Shown one piece after another: positions 37,091 through 47,073 of a DNA stretch of 54,697 bases (position 1 is the first letter of the stretch; every line of letters begins with the position of its first letter). The DNA is from Thermodesulfobacteriaceae bacterium (GTDB lineage: Bacteria; Desulfobacterota; Thermodesulfobacteria; Thermodesulfobacteriales; Thermodesulfobacteriaceae). The notes under the pieces are model-generated. The model made no database searches. It was not told the origin of the DNA and saw nothing but the letters and a program-made list of their open reading frames with translations. A program made the position numbers and the translations under genes. The DNA lies in assembly GCA_015494725.1 (NCBI GenBank), contig WGAR01000003.1, positions 1 through 54,697 on the forward strand, read 5' to 3'.

Positions 37091-40000
37091 TTAGGCCGCT
37101 TCTTTTTCTGCTTCTTTTTCAGTTTCCTGAGCTTCCTCCAGGCCGAAGGCCCGGATCTGTTCCAGGATGGCCTCGTCGGTAAAGCCCCCCAGGCTTATGG
37201 CAAACACCGGGCAATGGGAGCCGCAGACACCGCATCCCTTGCAGGCCGCGGAAATCACCTGGGCCTTACGCCGTTTATCCACCTTGACCATCTCGATGGC
37301 ACTGTAGGGACAGAGCGCCGCACAGATGCCGCAGCCGATACATTTCTTCTGATCCACCGAGGACACAATGGGCGGAACCTCCACGAACCCCTTGGCCAGA
37401 GGCACCACCGCCTTGGCTGCCGCGGCCCGGGCCTGGGCCAGGATCTCGGCAAGGGGCTTGGGCCCATGCGCCAGCCCGCACACATAGACCCCATCCACCG
37501 CCACCTCTACCGGCTTGAGCTTTACATGGGCCTCAAGGATAAACCCCTCCGGGGTAAGCGGGGTCTTAAGGATCTGGGCCACGGGATTTTCCTTATCCGC
37601 CTCGATCCCTACGGAAAGGACCACCAGATCCGCAGGGATTTCCATCTCTTCCTTTAAAAGGGCATCGTAGGTCCGGACCACCACCCCCCGGCCCTTCTTT
37701 TCCACCCGGGGGCGGCGTTCCGGAGTATAGCGTAAAAAGACCACCCCGCGCTTCCGGGCCTCCCGGTAAAGCTCTTCATAGAACCCATAGGTACGCATAT
37801 CGCGATAAAGGACGATTACCTCCCCGTCGGGATGCAGATCCTTAAAACGCAGGGCATTTTTCACCGCCTGCTGACAGCAGAGTTTGCTGCAATGAGGGAG
37901 TTCCTCCCCGCGTGAGCCGGCACACTGAATCATTACCACCCGTTTGACCTTCCCCAGCGAGCGTTTCCCCCGCGAAAGCTTTTCCTCAAACTCAAGCTGG
38001 GTCACCACCTTGGGACTCTCCCCGTAGAGATAACCGGAGGGACGATGTTCCCGGCCCCCGGTAGCCACCACCACCACCCCGTGATTGATGACCTCGGAGC
38101 CCGCCTGGGTACGCACCGTGGAGGTAAAGTTCCCCACATACCCGGAGATATTCTCCACACTGGCCGAGGTATAAACCCGGATACGGGGATGCTTTTCCAC
38201 CCTGCGAATGAGATCCTTTAGGATCTTCTGCGGGTCTTCCCCTTCGGCCAGAAACTTTACCCGCCGAAGATTTCCTCCCAGCTCCGGCTCCCGTTCCACC
38301 AGATAGACTTCATATCCCTGTTCGGCAATGGAAAGCGCCGCAGCCATTCCCGCCGCTCCGCCTCCCACCACCAGGGCCCCCGGAGTAACCTCGACCTTCT
38401 GTAACTCCAGAGGCCGAAGTCTCCGGGCCTTGGCCACCGCCATACGCACCTGATCCATGGCCTTGCGGGTGGCAGCCTCGGGATCGTCGGCGTGCACCCA
38501 GGCGCACTGGTCCCGGATGTTGGCCATCTCCACCAGGGCCAGGTTGAGCCCGGCCTCCCGCAGGGTCTCCTGGAAGAGAGGCTCATGGGTGCGGGGACTG
38601 CAGGCTGCAATCACCAGGCGGTTAAGCTTGTGCTCCCGGATGATCTCCTTGAGCCTCTCCAGCGAATCCTGGGCGCAGGAATAGACCGTGGTGTCGGCAT
38701 AGACCACCCCCGGAAGCTGGGCTGCGTATTCCTTGACCCTTTCCACATCCACCACTCCGGCAATGTTCACCCCGCAGTGGCAGACAAAGACCCCCACACG
38801 AGGAGGAAGAGAAAGGAGATCCTGGTCCTCCGGGGGAAACTCCTTGGCCACCTGGTCTTTGCCGCGAGCCTCGGCCAGCAATTCCGAAACCTTGGCCGCC
38901 GCCCCGCTGGCCTGCATCACGCTTTCCGGAATGTCCTTCGGCCCCTGAAAGGCCCCGGCCACGTAGATCCCGGGCTTGGCGGTGAGGGGATCCGCCACCG
39001 AGGTCCGGGCGAAACCGAAGGGATTAAGTTCAATCCCGAATCTCTGGGCCAGTTCTTCCGCCCCGGCCGGGGCCGAAAGCCCCACCGAAAGCACCACCAG
39101 ATCGAAAAGTTCCCGGTGGACCTCTCCGTCCTCGGTCACATAGGTGAGCCCCAGCCGTCCGGAAACCTCCTCCACCTTGGGCACCCGGGCATAGACCGTG
39201 CGCAGTCCGTATTTTTCCACCGCCCGCTCAAAGGCCGCGTCAAAGCCCTTGCCCTGGGTGCGCACATCCATGAAAAAGAGGGTAATCTCGGCCTCAGGCG
39301 CATGCTCCTTGAGCATGGAGGCCTCTTTCATGGCGTACATGCAGCAGACCGAAGAACAGAAAGGCCTTCCGCAGGAGACATCCCTCGAACCCACGCACTG
39401 AAGGAAGGCGATCTTCCGGGGATGCGAAAGATCCGAGGGCCTTAGGATCTCCCCTCCACTGGGCCCGGAAACGCACATCAGGCGCTCGATCTCCAGACTG
39501 GTCATCACATCCGGATAGATTCCGTAGCCGTACTTCTCAAGCGCCGCCTCCGGCACCTCACCGAACCCCGGAGTCAGCACCACGGCCCCCACCTCAAGCT
39601 CCCGCACCTCGGGCTTCTGGGAGAAGTCTATGGCCTTGGGCCCGCACACATTGGTGCAGATCATGCAGGTCTCGTGGTTTAAGTGCAGGCAGCGTTCCTC
39701 GTCGATGTAATAGGCCGTGGGCACGGCCTGGGGGAAGTCGATCCGCGCCGCCCGGGTAAAGTCCAGCCTCTCGTTATATTCATCCACCGCCTCCCGCGGA
39801 CAATACTGCATACACTGCCCGCAGGCGGTACATTTATCCGGATCGATGTAGCGCGGGCGAATCTTCACCCGGGCCTTGAAGTTCCCCGGCCTTCCCGAAA
39901 GCGCCTCCACCTCGGCCAGGGTCAGGATCTCAATGTTGGGAGACCGACCGGCCTCCACCATCTTGGGCGCCAGTATTCAGATACTGCAATCGTTGGTGGG

Positions 40001-40153
40001 GAAGGTCTTATCCAGCTTGGCCATTACGCCCCCGATGGAGGCCTTCTTCTCCACCAGATAGACGTAATAGCCCAGATCCGCGAGATCCAGGGCCGCCTGG
40101 ATCCCGGCGATCCCTCCGCCCACCACGAGGACCTTTCCGGATTTTTTAGCCAT
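37091..40153 (-). CDS. hdrA: Large selenocysteine-containing HdrA with two FAD modules (1020 aa, Sec59)
   Basis: True start ATG 40153 (AAGGAGG SD) [17 protein letters not shown]...[20 protein letters not shown] 39979-39977, in frame with ORF 37091-39961; second GGGAAG module; [26 protein letters not shown]. Confidence 0.94.
39939..39956 (-). promoter_or_regulatory. SECIS-like hairpin of hdrA
   Basis: GGAGGCC-GGUC-GGUCUCC starting 20 nt after UGA. Confidence 0.78.
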
Positions 40154-40174
40154 AAAAGTCCTCCTTGTAATATT

Positions 40175-42223
40175 TTAAGCCGCCTTCTTTTCCTCCCCTT
40201 CCGGCGAAACCCTGAGGGACACCGGACCGAAACAGCCCAGCCCGTGGAAGGGACTGGTGACCTTGGGGCTTTCCAGCGCCCGCCGCATGGCCATATCGTA
40301 AAGGACTCTGGGCTTGGGCTTATCGATCCCCAGGGCCTTTCTCTTATTCTTAATGTGATCGATCATGATGGAAGCAAATTCACTGGCGCTTCGGGCCACC
40401 CGCCAGCCGGCCCCGAAGATGCGCTCCATCTCGTGGAAAAGAAAATCCGTGGCCACCTGGCTTTTAAGCGTGGGGAAATCCGGCCCGAAGACCACCGTGG
40501 CCCCGGAAGCCACAAAGTACTGGCCGATGGTGATGGCCTTCTCACTCATCCACTGCGGAGCCGAACCGATGACCGGAAGATCGCTTATATCCTCTCCCAG
40601 TCCTCCGGTATTCACCATTTCGGTTGCGGCGATAAGGATCCGGCTATTGTCCACACAGGAACCCATATGGAGCACCGGCGGGCACCCTACGGCCTCAAGC
40701 ACCTCCCGCAGACTGTCCCCGGCCATCTCCGCGGCCTCGGGCCTGAGGAGTCCGGCCCGGCCCATACCGGTGGCGGCACAGCCCGTGGTGAGCACCAGCA
40801 CATTATTGGCGATGAGCTCCTTGGCCAGCTCCACCTGGACCTCCTCGGTCACCCGGAAGTTATCACACCCCACGATGGCCGCCACTCCCAGGATCTTTCC
40901 GTTAATAATGTTTTCGTTTAAGGGCTTATAGGAGGCCCGGAAACGCCCTCCCAGCATGTAGAGGATGGTCTCGTGGCTGAAGCCCACCACCACATCCACG
41001 GAATGATCCGGTATGTTCACCCGGGCCTTGTCCCGTTTGGGAAACCGGGCTATGGCCTCGCGCAGGATCTGTTTGGCACAATCAAGGGCCTTCCGGGCAT
41101 CAAATTCTATATGCGTGGAGCCCTCCATTCGGGCCCGGGGATTGGTGGTGATCACCACGGTGTGGAAATGTTTGGCCACCTCTACCACATTCTGCATGAT
41201 ACACTGCACATCCACCACCACCGCCTCAAGGGCCCCGGTGGCAATGGCCGCCTCCTGCTGGAGAAAACTTCCGGCCACCGGGATTCCCCGCCGCATGAGG
41301 ATTTCGTTTCCGGTACAGCAGATCCCGGCGAGATTCACCCCTTTGGCCCCCACCTTCTTGGCTTCCTCCACGATCTCCGGGTCGCTCGCCGCTATGGCCA
41401 GGGCCTCGGCCAGCACCGGCTCGTGCCCGTGGACAGCCACATTGACCATATCCTCTCGGATCACACTAAGCCCGATGTTCACCCGGGCCTTGATGGGGCC
41501 GGGATTGCCGAACATGAGATCCTGGAACTCGGTAGCCACCATAGACCCGCCCCACCCGTCGGCCAGGGCCGTACGGGCGCAGGCCATGAAGATATTGCGA
41601 TGGTCCTGATCCACTCCGATGGTGGTGCGATGGGTAAGCTCCACCACCTCGCGATCCACTCCCCTCGGCCACACCCCGAGTTCCTTCCAGAGCTGCTTCC
41701 GTTTTTCCGGAGCCCGATTCAATAACGGGATCTCTCCCTCCTGCTGCCCGAAGATCCTGAGGGCCGCCTCGGCCATCTCCTTGAGAAGTTCCTGCTCCTC
41801 CTTATCCGGATCCAGCCCCAAAGCCTGCGCCACCACCCGGAGTTTTCTCTTATCCTTGACCTCAAAAGGAGTCTCTCCGTGCACGGTCTCATAAAAATCG
41901 ATGGCCACCTGGCGGCCGTGATCCGAGTGGGCCGAGGCCCCTCCGGCCACCATGCGACCAAAGTTTCGGGCCACCACCGTGGCTGCGCTGGCTCCGCAGA
42001 CCCCGCGAAGCTCCTCCACGCCCTCCACCACCTGACAGGGCCCCATATTACAGACCCGGCAGCAGGTTCCCCCCTTACCGAAAAGACAGGGGGTGGTCCC
42101 CCTCCTTTCCACCCGGGCCGGAGTGGTCAGCACCTCGTCTCCCAGACGTTCATAAATGATCTGGGCCGTGGCATTCTGCACCCGGGGCGGACTCTTTTTC
42201 CTGGATCTGGCCCTGGTATCCAT
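40175..42223 (-). CDS. cooS: Anaerobic carbon monoxide dehydrogenase catalytic subunit (CooS/AcsA)
   Basis: CCRVCNMGPC, HSDHGR, HGHEP, GICCTGNE, DVQC, VGCDN, TTGCA, GSCVDNSR, SEKA. Confidence 0.97.
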   Translation of the reverse strand: MDTRARSRKKSPPRVQNATAQIIYERLGDEVLTTPARVERRGTTPCLFGKGGTCCRVCNMGPCQVVEGVEELRGVCGASAATVVARNFGRMVAGGASAHSDHGRQVAIDFYETVHGETPFEVKDKRKLRVVAQALGLDPDKEEQELLKEMAEAALRIFGQQEGEIPLLNRAPEKRKQLWKELGVWPRGVDREVVELTHRTTIGVDQDHRNIFMACARTALADGWGGSMVATEFQDLMFGNPGPIKARVNIGLSVIREDMVNVAVHGHEPVLAEALAIAASDPEIVEEAKKVGAKGVNLAGICCTGNEILMRRGIPVAGSFLQQEAAIATGALEAVVVDVQCIMQNVVEVAKHFHTVVITTNPRARMEGSTHIEFDARKALDCAKQILREAIARFPKRDKARVNIPDHSVDVVVGFSHETILYMLGGRFRASYKPLNENIINGKILGVAAIVGCDNFRVTEEVQVELAKELIANNVLVLTTGCAATGMGRAGLLRPEAAEMAGDSLREVLEAVGCPPVLHMGSCVDNSRILIAATEMVNTGGLGEDISDLPVIGSAPQWMSEKAITIGQYFVASGATVVFGPDFPTLKSQVATDFLFHEMERIFGAGWRVARSASEFASIMIDHIKNKRKALGIDKPKPRVLYDMAMRRALESPKVTSPFHGLGCFGPVSLRVSPEGEEKKAA

Positions 42224-42284
42224 AATGTTTCAACCTCCTGCAATGTTTATTGATTCTTAGTCTAAACCACTTCTGGAAGAACGA

Positions 42285-43187
42285 CTAGCCCACCTCACAG
42301 GGGAGTCCGGCCCAGAGCTTGGCCGCCTCCACCGTGTTTTTCATGAGCATGGTAATGGTCATGGGCCCCACCCCTCCGGGAACCGGGGTAATGGCCGAGG
42401 CCTTTTCCTTCACCGCGTCGAAATCCACATCCCCGCAAAGGATGGCCTTACCCTCCGGAGTGGTGCCGATCCGGTTCACCCCCACATCGATGACCACCGC
42501 TCCCTCCTTGACCATATCCGCGGTAATGACCTTGGGACGCCCGGCAGCCACGATGAGGATATCCGCCCGGCGGGTATGGGCAGCCATATCGCGGGTTCCG
42601 GTATGACATACGGTAACCGTGGCGTTACCCACAGGCTTCCTTTTCTGAAGGAGAAGATTGGCCACGGGTTTGCCCACGATGTTGCTCCGCCCCACCACCA
42701 CCACATCGGCCCCGTCCACCTGGACCTGAGCCCGCTCAAGCATCACCAGAATTCCATGAGGGGTGCAGGGCAGGAAACAGGGCTCTCCGATGACCATCTT
42801 CCCCACGTTTACCGGGTGGAAACCATCCACATCCTTCCGGGGATCAATGGCATAAATGATCCTGCGTTCATTGATGTGCTTGGGAAGGGGAAGCTGCACC
42901 AGTATCCCGTGGATCTTTTCGTCCTTATTGTATTTGTCGATCAGGGCCAGAAGTTCGCTTTCACTGACCTCCTCGGGTAGGTTTTCCTGGACCGAATAGA
43001 ACCCCAGATCCTTGGCCGTACGCTGTTTGGCCGTAACGTAAGAGATCGAGGCCGGATTTTCTCCCACCAGGATAGTCACCAGACCGGGAGTAACCCCATG
43101 TTTTTCCTTGAGTTCCTGAACCTCTTTCCTTAGTTCTTCCCGAATTTGCTGAGAAATCTCTTTACCGCTGATAATCCTGGCCGACAT
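42285..43187 (-). CDS. folD: Bifunctional methylene-THF dehydrogenase/cyclohydrolase
   Basis: GILVQLPLP, KDVDGFHP, PCTPHG, GRSNIVGKP, TPVPGGVGPMT. Confidence 0.97.
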   Translation of the reverse strand: MSARIISGKEISQQIREELRKEVQELKEKHGVTPGLVTILVGENPASISYVTAKQRTAKDLGFYSVQENLPEEVSESELLALIDKYNKDEKIHGILVQLPLPKHINERRIIYAIDPRKDVDGFHPVNVGKMVIGEPCFLPCTPHGILVMLERAQVQVDGADVVVVGRSNIVGKPVANLLLQKRKPVGNATVTVCHTGTRDMAAHTRRADILIVAAGRPKVITADMVKEGAVVIDVGVNRIGTTPEGKAILCGDVDFDAVKEKASAITPVPGGVGPMTITMLMKNTVEAAKLWAGLPCEVG

Positions 43188-43220
43188 CACATACCTCCCC
43201 TCTGGGATTTGGAAACTATT

Positions 43221-43236
43221 TGCAAAAAACAGACCA
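43221..43236 (-). promoter_or_regulatory. Putative sigma-54 promoter of the folD-cooS-hdr-met-acs-fdh operon
   Basis: TGGTCTGTTTTTTGCA (GG-N10-GC); predicted +1 near 43210, just upstream of the GGAGG SD of folD. Confidence 0.68.
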
Positions 43237-43293
43237 TAACATACCTTCTCCTAACCCCTTAGTCTAGCGTGCTTTTCCGGAACCAACAAAACT

Positions 43294-43322
43294 CGGGGGT
43301 GAGGAAATTCTCCCCACCCCCG
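43294..43322 (-). terminator. Terminator-like hairpin after fhs
   Basis: CGGGGGTGGGGA-GAATT-TCCTCACCCCCG followed by AGTTTTGTT on the minus strand. Confidence 0.7.
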
Positions 43323-43337
43323 GAGAAAATTTCCGCT

Positions 43338-45101
43338 CTAGAAGAGTCCCTTCACCTTTCCGGTTTCCACATCCACATCGATCCGCCGGTAGGCCGGATC
43401 GGATCCCGTTCCGGGCATGAGGCTTATGTCACCGGCCACCGGGACGATGAACCCCGAACCGCGATAGATCAGGACATCCCGCACCCGGAGGTTCCAGCCC
43501 TTGGGAACCCCTTTCTTGGTGGGGTCGTCGGAGAGCGAAAGATGGGTCTTCACCATGCAGATGGGCATCTGCCGCAGCTCCGGATCGGACTCAATCAGCT
43601 TGATCTTCTCCTCGGCCGCCGGAAGATAGACTACGCCATCGGCCCCATAGACCTCGCGGGCGATCTTTTCGATGCGGTCCTTGACCGGCTCGTCAAGCTC
43701 GTAAAGGAAGCGGAATTCGCTCTTCTCCTCGCAGGCCTCAACCACCGCATCCGCAAGCTCAAGGGCCCCTTCTCCGCCCTTAAGCCAGTGTTCGGAGACC
43801 GCAACCCGCACACCGTGCTCCTCGCAGATCTTGCGCACGAGATCAATCTCGTTCTTGGTATCCGTGTGGAAGGCATTGATGCAGACCACCGGGGTGGAAC
43901 CGCTCTTTTTCACGATATTTACACAGTGAAGGAGATTCTCGCATCCCTTCTCCACCCACTCCAGGTTCTCTTCGTAGTATTCCTTGGGAATGGGTTTTCC
44001 GGGAGGCGGAATGGGCGCTCCGCCGTGGCACTTAAGGGCCCTTATGGTGGCCACTACCACCACACAGTCCGGAGCCAGCCCCGAAAGCCGGCACTTGATG
44101 TTCCAGAATTTCTCAAAACCGATGTCTGCGGCGAAACCGGACTCCGTAACCAGGTAGTCGGCGAGCTTGAGCCCCACATAGTCCGCGATAATAGAGGACT
44201 GTCCGATGGCGATATTAGCGAAGGGGCCGGCGTGGATGAGGACCGGCTGCCCCTCAAGGGTCTGAATCATGTTGGGGTTGATGGCATCCACCAGCCAGGC
44301 GGTCATGGCCCCGGCCACTTCAAGATCCTCGGTGGTGATGGGGTTTCCGAACTTATCAAAGGCCACCACGATGCGTCCGATCCGCTCCCGCAGATCCTTA
44401 AGATCCCTGGCCACAGCCAGGATGGCCATGACCTCCGAGGCCACGGCGATCCAGAACTTGCTCTCCATGGGGTATCCGTCGCGCTTTCCCCCGAGCCCGA
44501 TCACGATGTGCCGCAGGGCCTGGGCGCAATAGTCGATGACCCAGCCCATCTCCACCCGCTTGGGGTCAATGTTCAAGCGCCGAAGTCCCCGCTTGGCCAG
44601 AAACTCGTCGTCGTAGTTGGCCTCGTGCTGCATCCGGGCCGTAAGGGCCACCATGGCCAGGTTATGCGCGTTCATCACCGCGTTGATGTCCCCGGTAAGC
44701 CCCAGGGAAAACTTATCCAGCGGAATGATCTGGGCCAGGCCTCCGCCGGCGGCACTTCCTTTAATATTAAAGGTGGGACCGCCCGAGGGCTGCCGCAGAG
44801 CCCCGATGACCTTTTTTCCGCGCTTTCCCATACCCTGGATGAGTCCGATAGCCGTGGTGGACTTTCCCTCTCCGAGCGGGGTGGGAGTGATGGCCGTAAC
44901 GTCGATATATTTTCCGTTGGGCCGGTCCTTCAGGCGTTCAAGGACCTTGCGGTAGTCGATTTTGGCCACATAGTGCCCGTAGGGAAGAAGCTCCTCCTTG
45001 GTAAGGCCCAGTTCGTCGGCCAGCTGATAAACGGTCTTCATGTTCTTTTCACACTCCGCGGCAATCTCCCAGTCTTTCATCTTGGTGGGATCAAGCTTCA
45101 T
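43338..45101 (-). CDS. fhs: Formate--tetrahydrofolate ligase
   Basis: [55 protein letters not shown]. Confidence 0.97.
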   Translation of the reverse strand: MKLDPTKMKDWEIAAECEKNMKTVYQLADELGLTKEELLPYGHYVAKIDYRKVLERLKDRPNGKYIDVTAITPTPLGEGKSTTAIGLIQGMGKRGKKVIGALRQPSGGPTFNIKGSAAGGGLAQIIPLDKFSLGLTGDINAVMNAHNLAMVALTARMQHEANYDDEFLAKRGLRRLNIDPKRVEMGWVIDYCAQALRHIVIGLGGKRDGYPMESKFWIAVASEVMAILAVARDLKDLRERIGRIVVAFDKFGNPITTEDLEVAGAMTAWLVDAINPNMIQTLEGQPVLIHAGPFANIAIGQSSIIADYVGLKLADYLVTESGFAADIGFEKFWNIKCRLSGLAPDCVVVVATIRALKCHGGAPIPPPGKPIPKEYYEENLEWVEKGCENLLHCVNIVKKSGSTPVVCINAFHTDTKNEIDLVRKICEEHGVRVAVSEHWLKGGEGALELADAVVEACEEKSEFRFLYELDEPVKDRIEKIAREVYGADGVVYLPAAEEKIKLIESDPELRQMPICMVKTHLSLSDDPTKKGVPKGWNLRVRDVLIYRGSGFIVPVAGDISLMPGTGSDPAYRRIDVDVETGKVKGLF

Positions 45102-45170
45102 GGCGCCCTCCTTTCCTAGACTTTTATGGCTTCATAATTTATATTTTGGAGATTGACAAGTGAGGAACCC

Positions 45171-46016
45171 ATGCTTCTGAGACTTCCTGCGTCAAAAGCG
45201 TACAGATTTTCCTTTTTTGTGGCCCTTTTTTGGTTCCTGGGCTTAAGTTTGGAGCTTTTTCTCAACCTCAAAGGGCAGAGTTTCTGTGAAACCTACACCT
45301 GCCGGGTGGTAGCCGAATTTTCCCTTCTTGATCATCAGGAAATGGTCCTGCTGGGGCTCTTTTACTTCGGGGGGCTGCTATTTCTTTTAGGGAGCAATCT
45401 TCCGGGAAAGGGAAGGATGCTCCTTATCTGGAGTACGGCGGGTCTCTCTGCGGAGACGGTCTTTCTCCTGCGGCAGGCCCTGGAGTATCGGCTTTTCTGC
45501 CCCTTCTGTCTGGGGGTGGCTCTGGGGGTCTTCCTGGCCACAGGGGCCCTTCTAAAGGATCTGGGCCGGGATGCTGGGGTCCCTTCTTCGCTGCTCGGGG
45601 CCCTGATCGGCCTTACCGCGGGTTTCCTGCTTACGGTAAATCCCCTGCTATCCCTGCGGGCCGAAGCTCAACCGGCCTTCCCGGATCGTCCGCCGGTGGA
45701 GGATCTATATCTTGTCTATTCTCCCCGATGCCCGCATTGTCACGAAGTTCTGGAATTTTGCCGGAGCATTCCCCGGGCTAACCTTAACCTGTGTCCCAAG
45801 GAAAAAGCCAGGGGACTTTTCCGCCTGCTCGGGATTCAGGGGGTCCCGGTGCTGGTGGTAATCCATCCGCCCCGCTGGGAAATTCTTGAGGGAAGTAAAT
45901 CTATAATTTCCTATCTGGAACGCAGGTTCGAGGTATCCCAACCCGCATCTCCCCTAGATTTACTCTTACCTCAGACCGGAGGTGTGTGCAGTGAACTCAA
46001 ACCCCAATGTGAATAA
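45171..46016 (+). CDS. VKOR-like membrane protein fused to a thioredoxin-fold domain
   Basis: Loop Cys pair CETYTC, membrane CPFC, soluble YSPRCPHC and GVP; GAGGA SD before ATG 45171. Confidence 0.75.
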   Translation: MLLRLPASKAYRFSFFVALFWFLGLSLELFLNLKGQSFCETYTCRVVAEFSLLDHQEMVLLGLFYFGGLLFLLGSNLPGKGRMLLIWSTAGLSAETVFLLRQALEYRLFCPFCLGVALGVFLATGALLKDLGRDAGVPSSLLGALIGLTAGFLLTVNPLLSLRAEAQPAFPDRPPVEDLYLVYSPRCPHCHEVLEFCRSIPRANLNLCPKEKARGLFRLLGIQGVPVLVVIHPPRWEILEGSKSIISYLERRFEVSQPASPLDLLLPQTGGVCSELKPQCE

Positions 46017-47073
46017 GCTTTCTGGAAAGGCCCTCCTTATCGGAAGTTTCCCCCTTCGCGACCATCGCGAGGCGGTAAGACTCATCTTAGAATACACCCC
46101 GGAGATCCCCTGCTGGCCCCAGCTTCCGAAGCTTCCCTCCGAAGGGATGCTCCTTCAGTTTTCCCGGGGCCTTCCGGGCTTTGAGCCGGAAAGACTCATG
46201 CTGAATCCCGAAAGAGAGGACTTTGAGGAGGACCGTCTTCGCTTTTACGAGGAATACCTTGCGGTGACCGAGGCCGGGGCCCCGATCTCCGAAACCCGTT
46301 TTGCCCTCTTGCCGGAGGACGCCCCCGGGCTTTACGCCCTGCTTGAGGCAGCGGAAGATCGCCGCCCCCCGGCGGTAAAGGGTCAGATCACCGGGCCCTT
46401 TACCCTCGCAACCGGGCTCAAGCTTCCCGACGGCCGGGCCGTCTTTTACGAGCCGGAACTCAGGGATCTGGTGGTGAAACTCGTGGCGCTTAAGGCCCGT
46501 TTTCAGGTGGAGACCCTGCGAAAACTTTCGGAGACGGTCATCATCTTCTTTGACGAGCCCGCACTTTCCGGCTTCGGCTCCTCGGCCTTCATGGGGGTCT
46601 CGGGCGAGGAGGTCCTTTCCTCTCTTTCCGAAGTGGCCGAGGCTGTAGCGGCTGCAGGCGGCATCCCCGGAATCCATGTCTGCGGAAACACCGACTGGAG
46701 CCTCCTTCTCTCCAACACCCCCTTCCGCATTATAAACTTTGATGCCTACGATTTTTCCGAAAAATTTATAAGTTATGCTAAAGAGCTAAAGGAATTTCTT
46801 AAAAGGGGTTTTGTGGCCTGGGGGCTGGTCCCCACCCTTCGGGCCGAGGCCTTAGAGAGGGAGACCCCGGAGACTCTTTCCGAAAGGTTAAACGCCCTTC
46901 TTCAGGAGACGGCCCGGCGCACGGGCCTTTCCCCTGAGGAGATCCTTTCCCGCTCCCTCCTCACCCCCTCCTGCGGCATGGGCACCCTCTCCCCTGAACT
47001 CACCCTCAAGGCCCTGAAAGACCTCCGGGCTTTAAGTTTCACCCGATCACCTTCGGGGAGGACGCCTGTTTAG
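45991..47073 (+). CDS. Core (catalytic-domain-only) cobalamin-independent methionine synthase, MesB-like
   Basis: IGSFP, IPCWPQLP, KGQITGPFT, FDEP, GIHVCG (HxC Zn ligands), FDAY, TPSCG; GGAGG SD before GTG 45991. Confidence 0.8.
   Translation: MNSNPNVNKLSGKALLIGSFPLRDHREAVRLILEYTPEIPCWPQLPKLPSEGMLLQFSRGLPGFEPERLMLNPEREDFEEDRLRFYEEYLAVTEAGAPISETRFALLPEDAPGLYALLEAAEDRRPPAVKGQITGPFTLATGLKLPDGRAVFYEPELRDLVVKLVALKARFQVETLRKLSETVIIFFDEPALSGFGSSAFMGVSGEEVLSSLSEVAEAVAAAGGIPGIHVCGNTDWSLLLSNTPFRIINFDAYDFSEKFISYAKELKEFLKRGFVAWGLVPTLRAEALERETPETLSERLNALLQETARRTGLSPEEILSRSLLTPSCGMGTLSPELTLKALKDLRALSFTRSPSGRTPV

Noticed and set aside
22884-40153. fdh, mvhD and hdrA as nonsense-mutated pseudogenes or split genes
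   Set aside because: Each break is a single in-frame UGA at a conserved Cys/Sec site followed by a SECIS-like hairpin
24519-45119. Long plus-strand ORFs (24519-26660, 30054-32111, 33075-34715, 43269-45119)
   Set aside because: Antisense shadows of GC3-biased conserved genes, with no recognisable motifs
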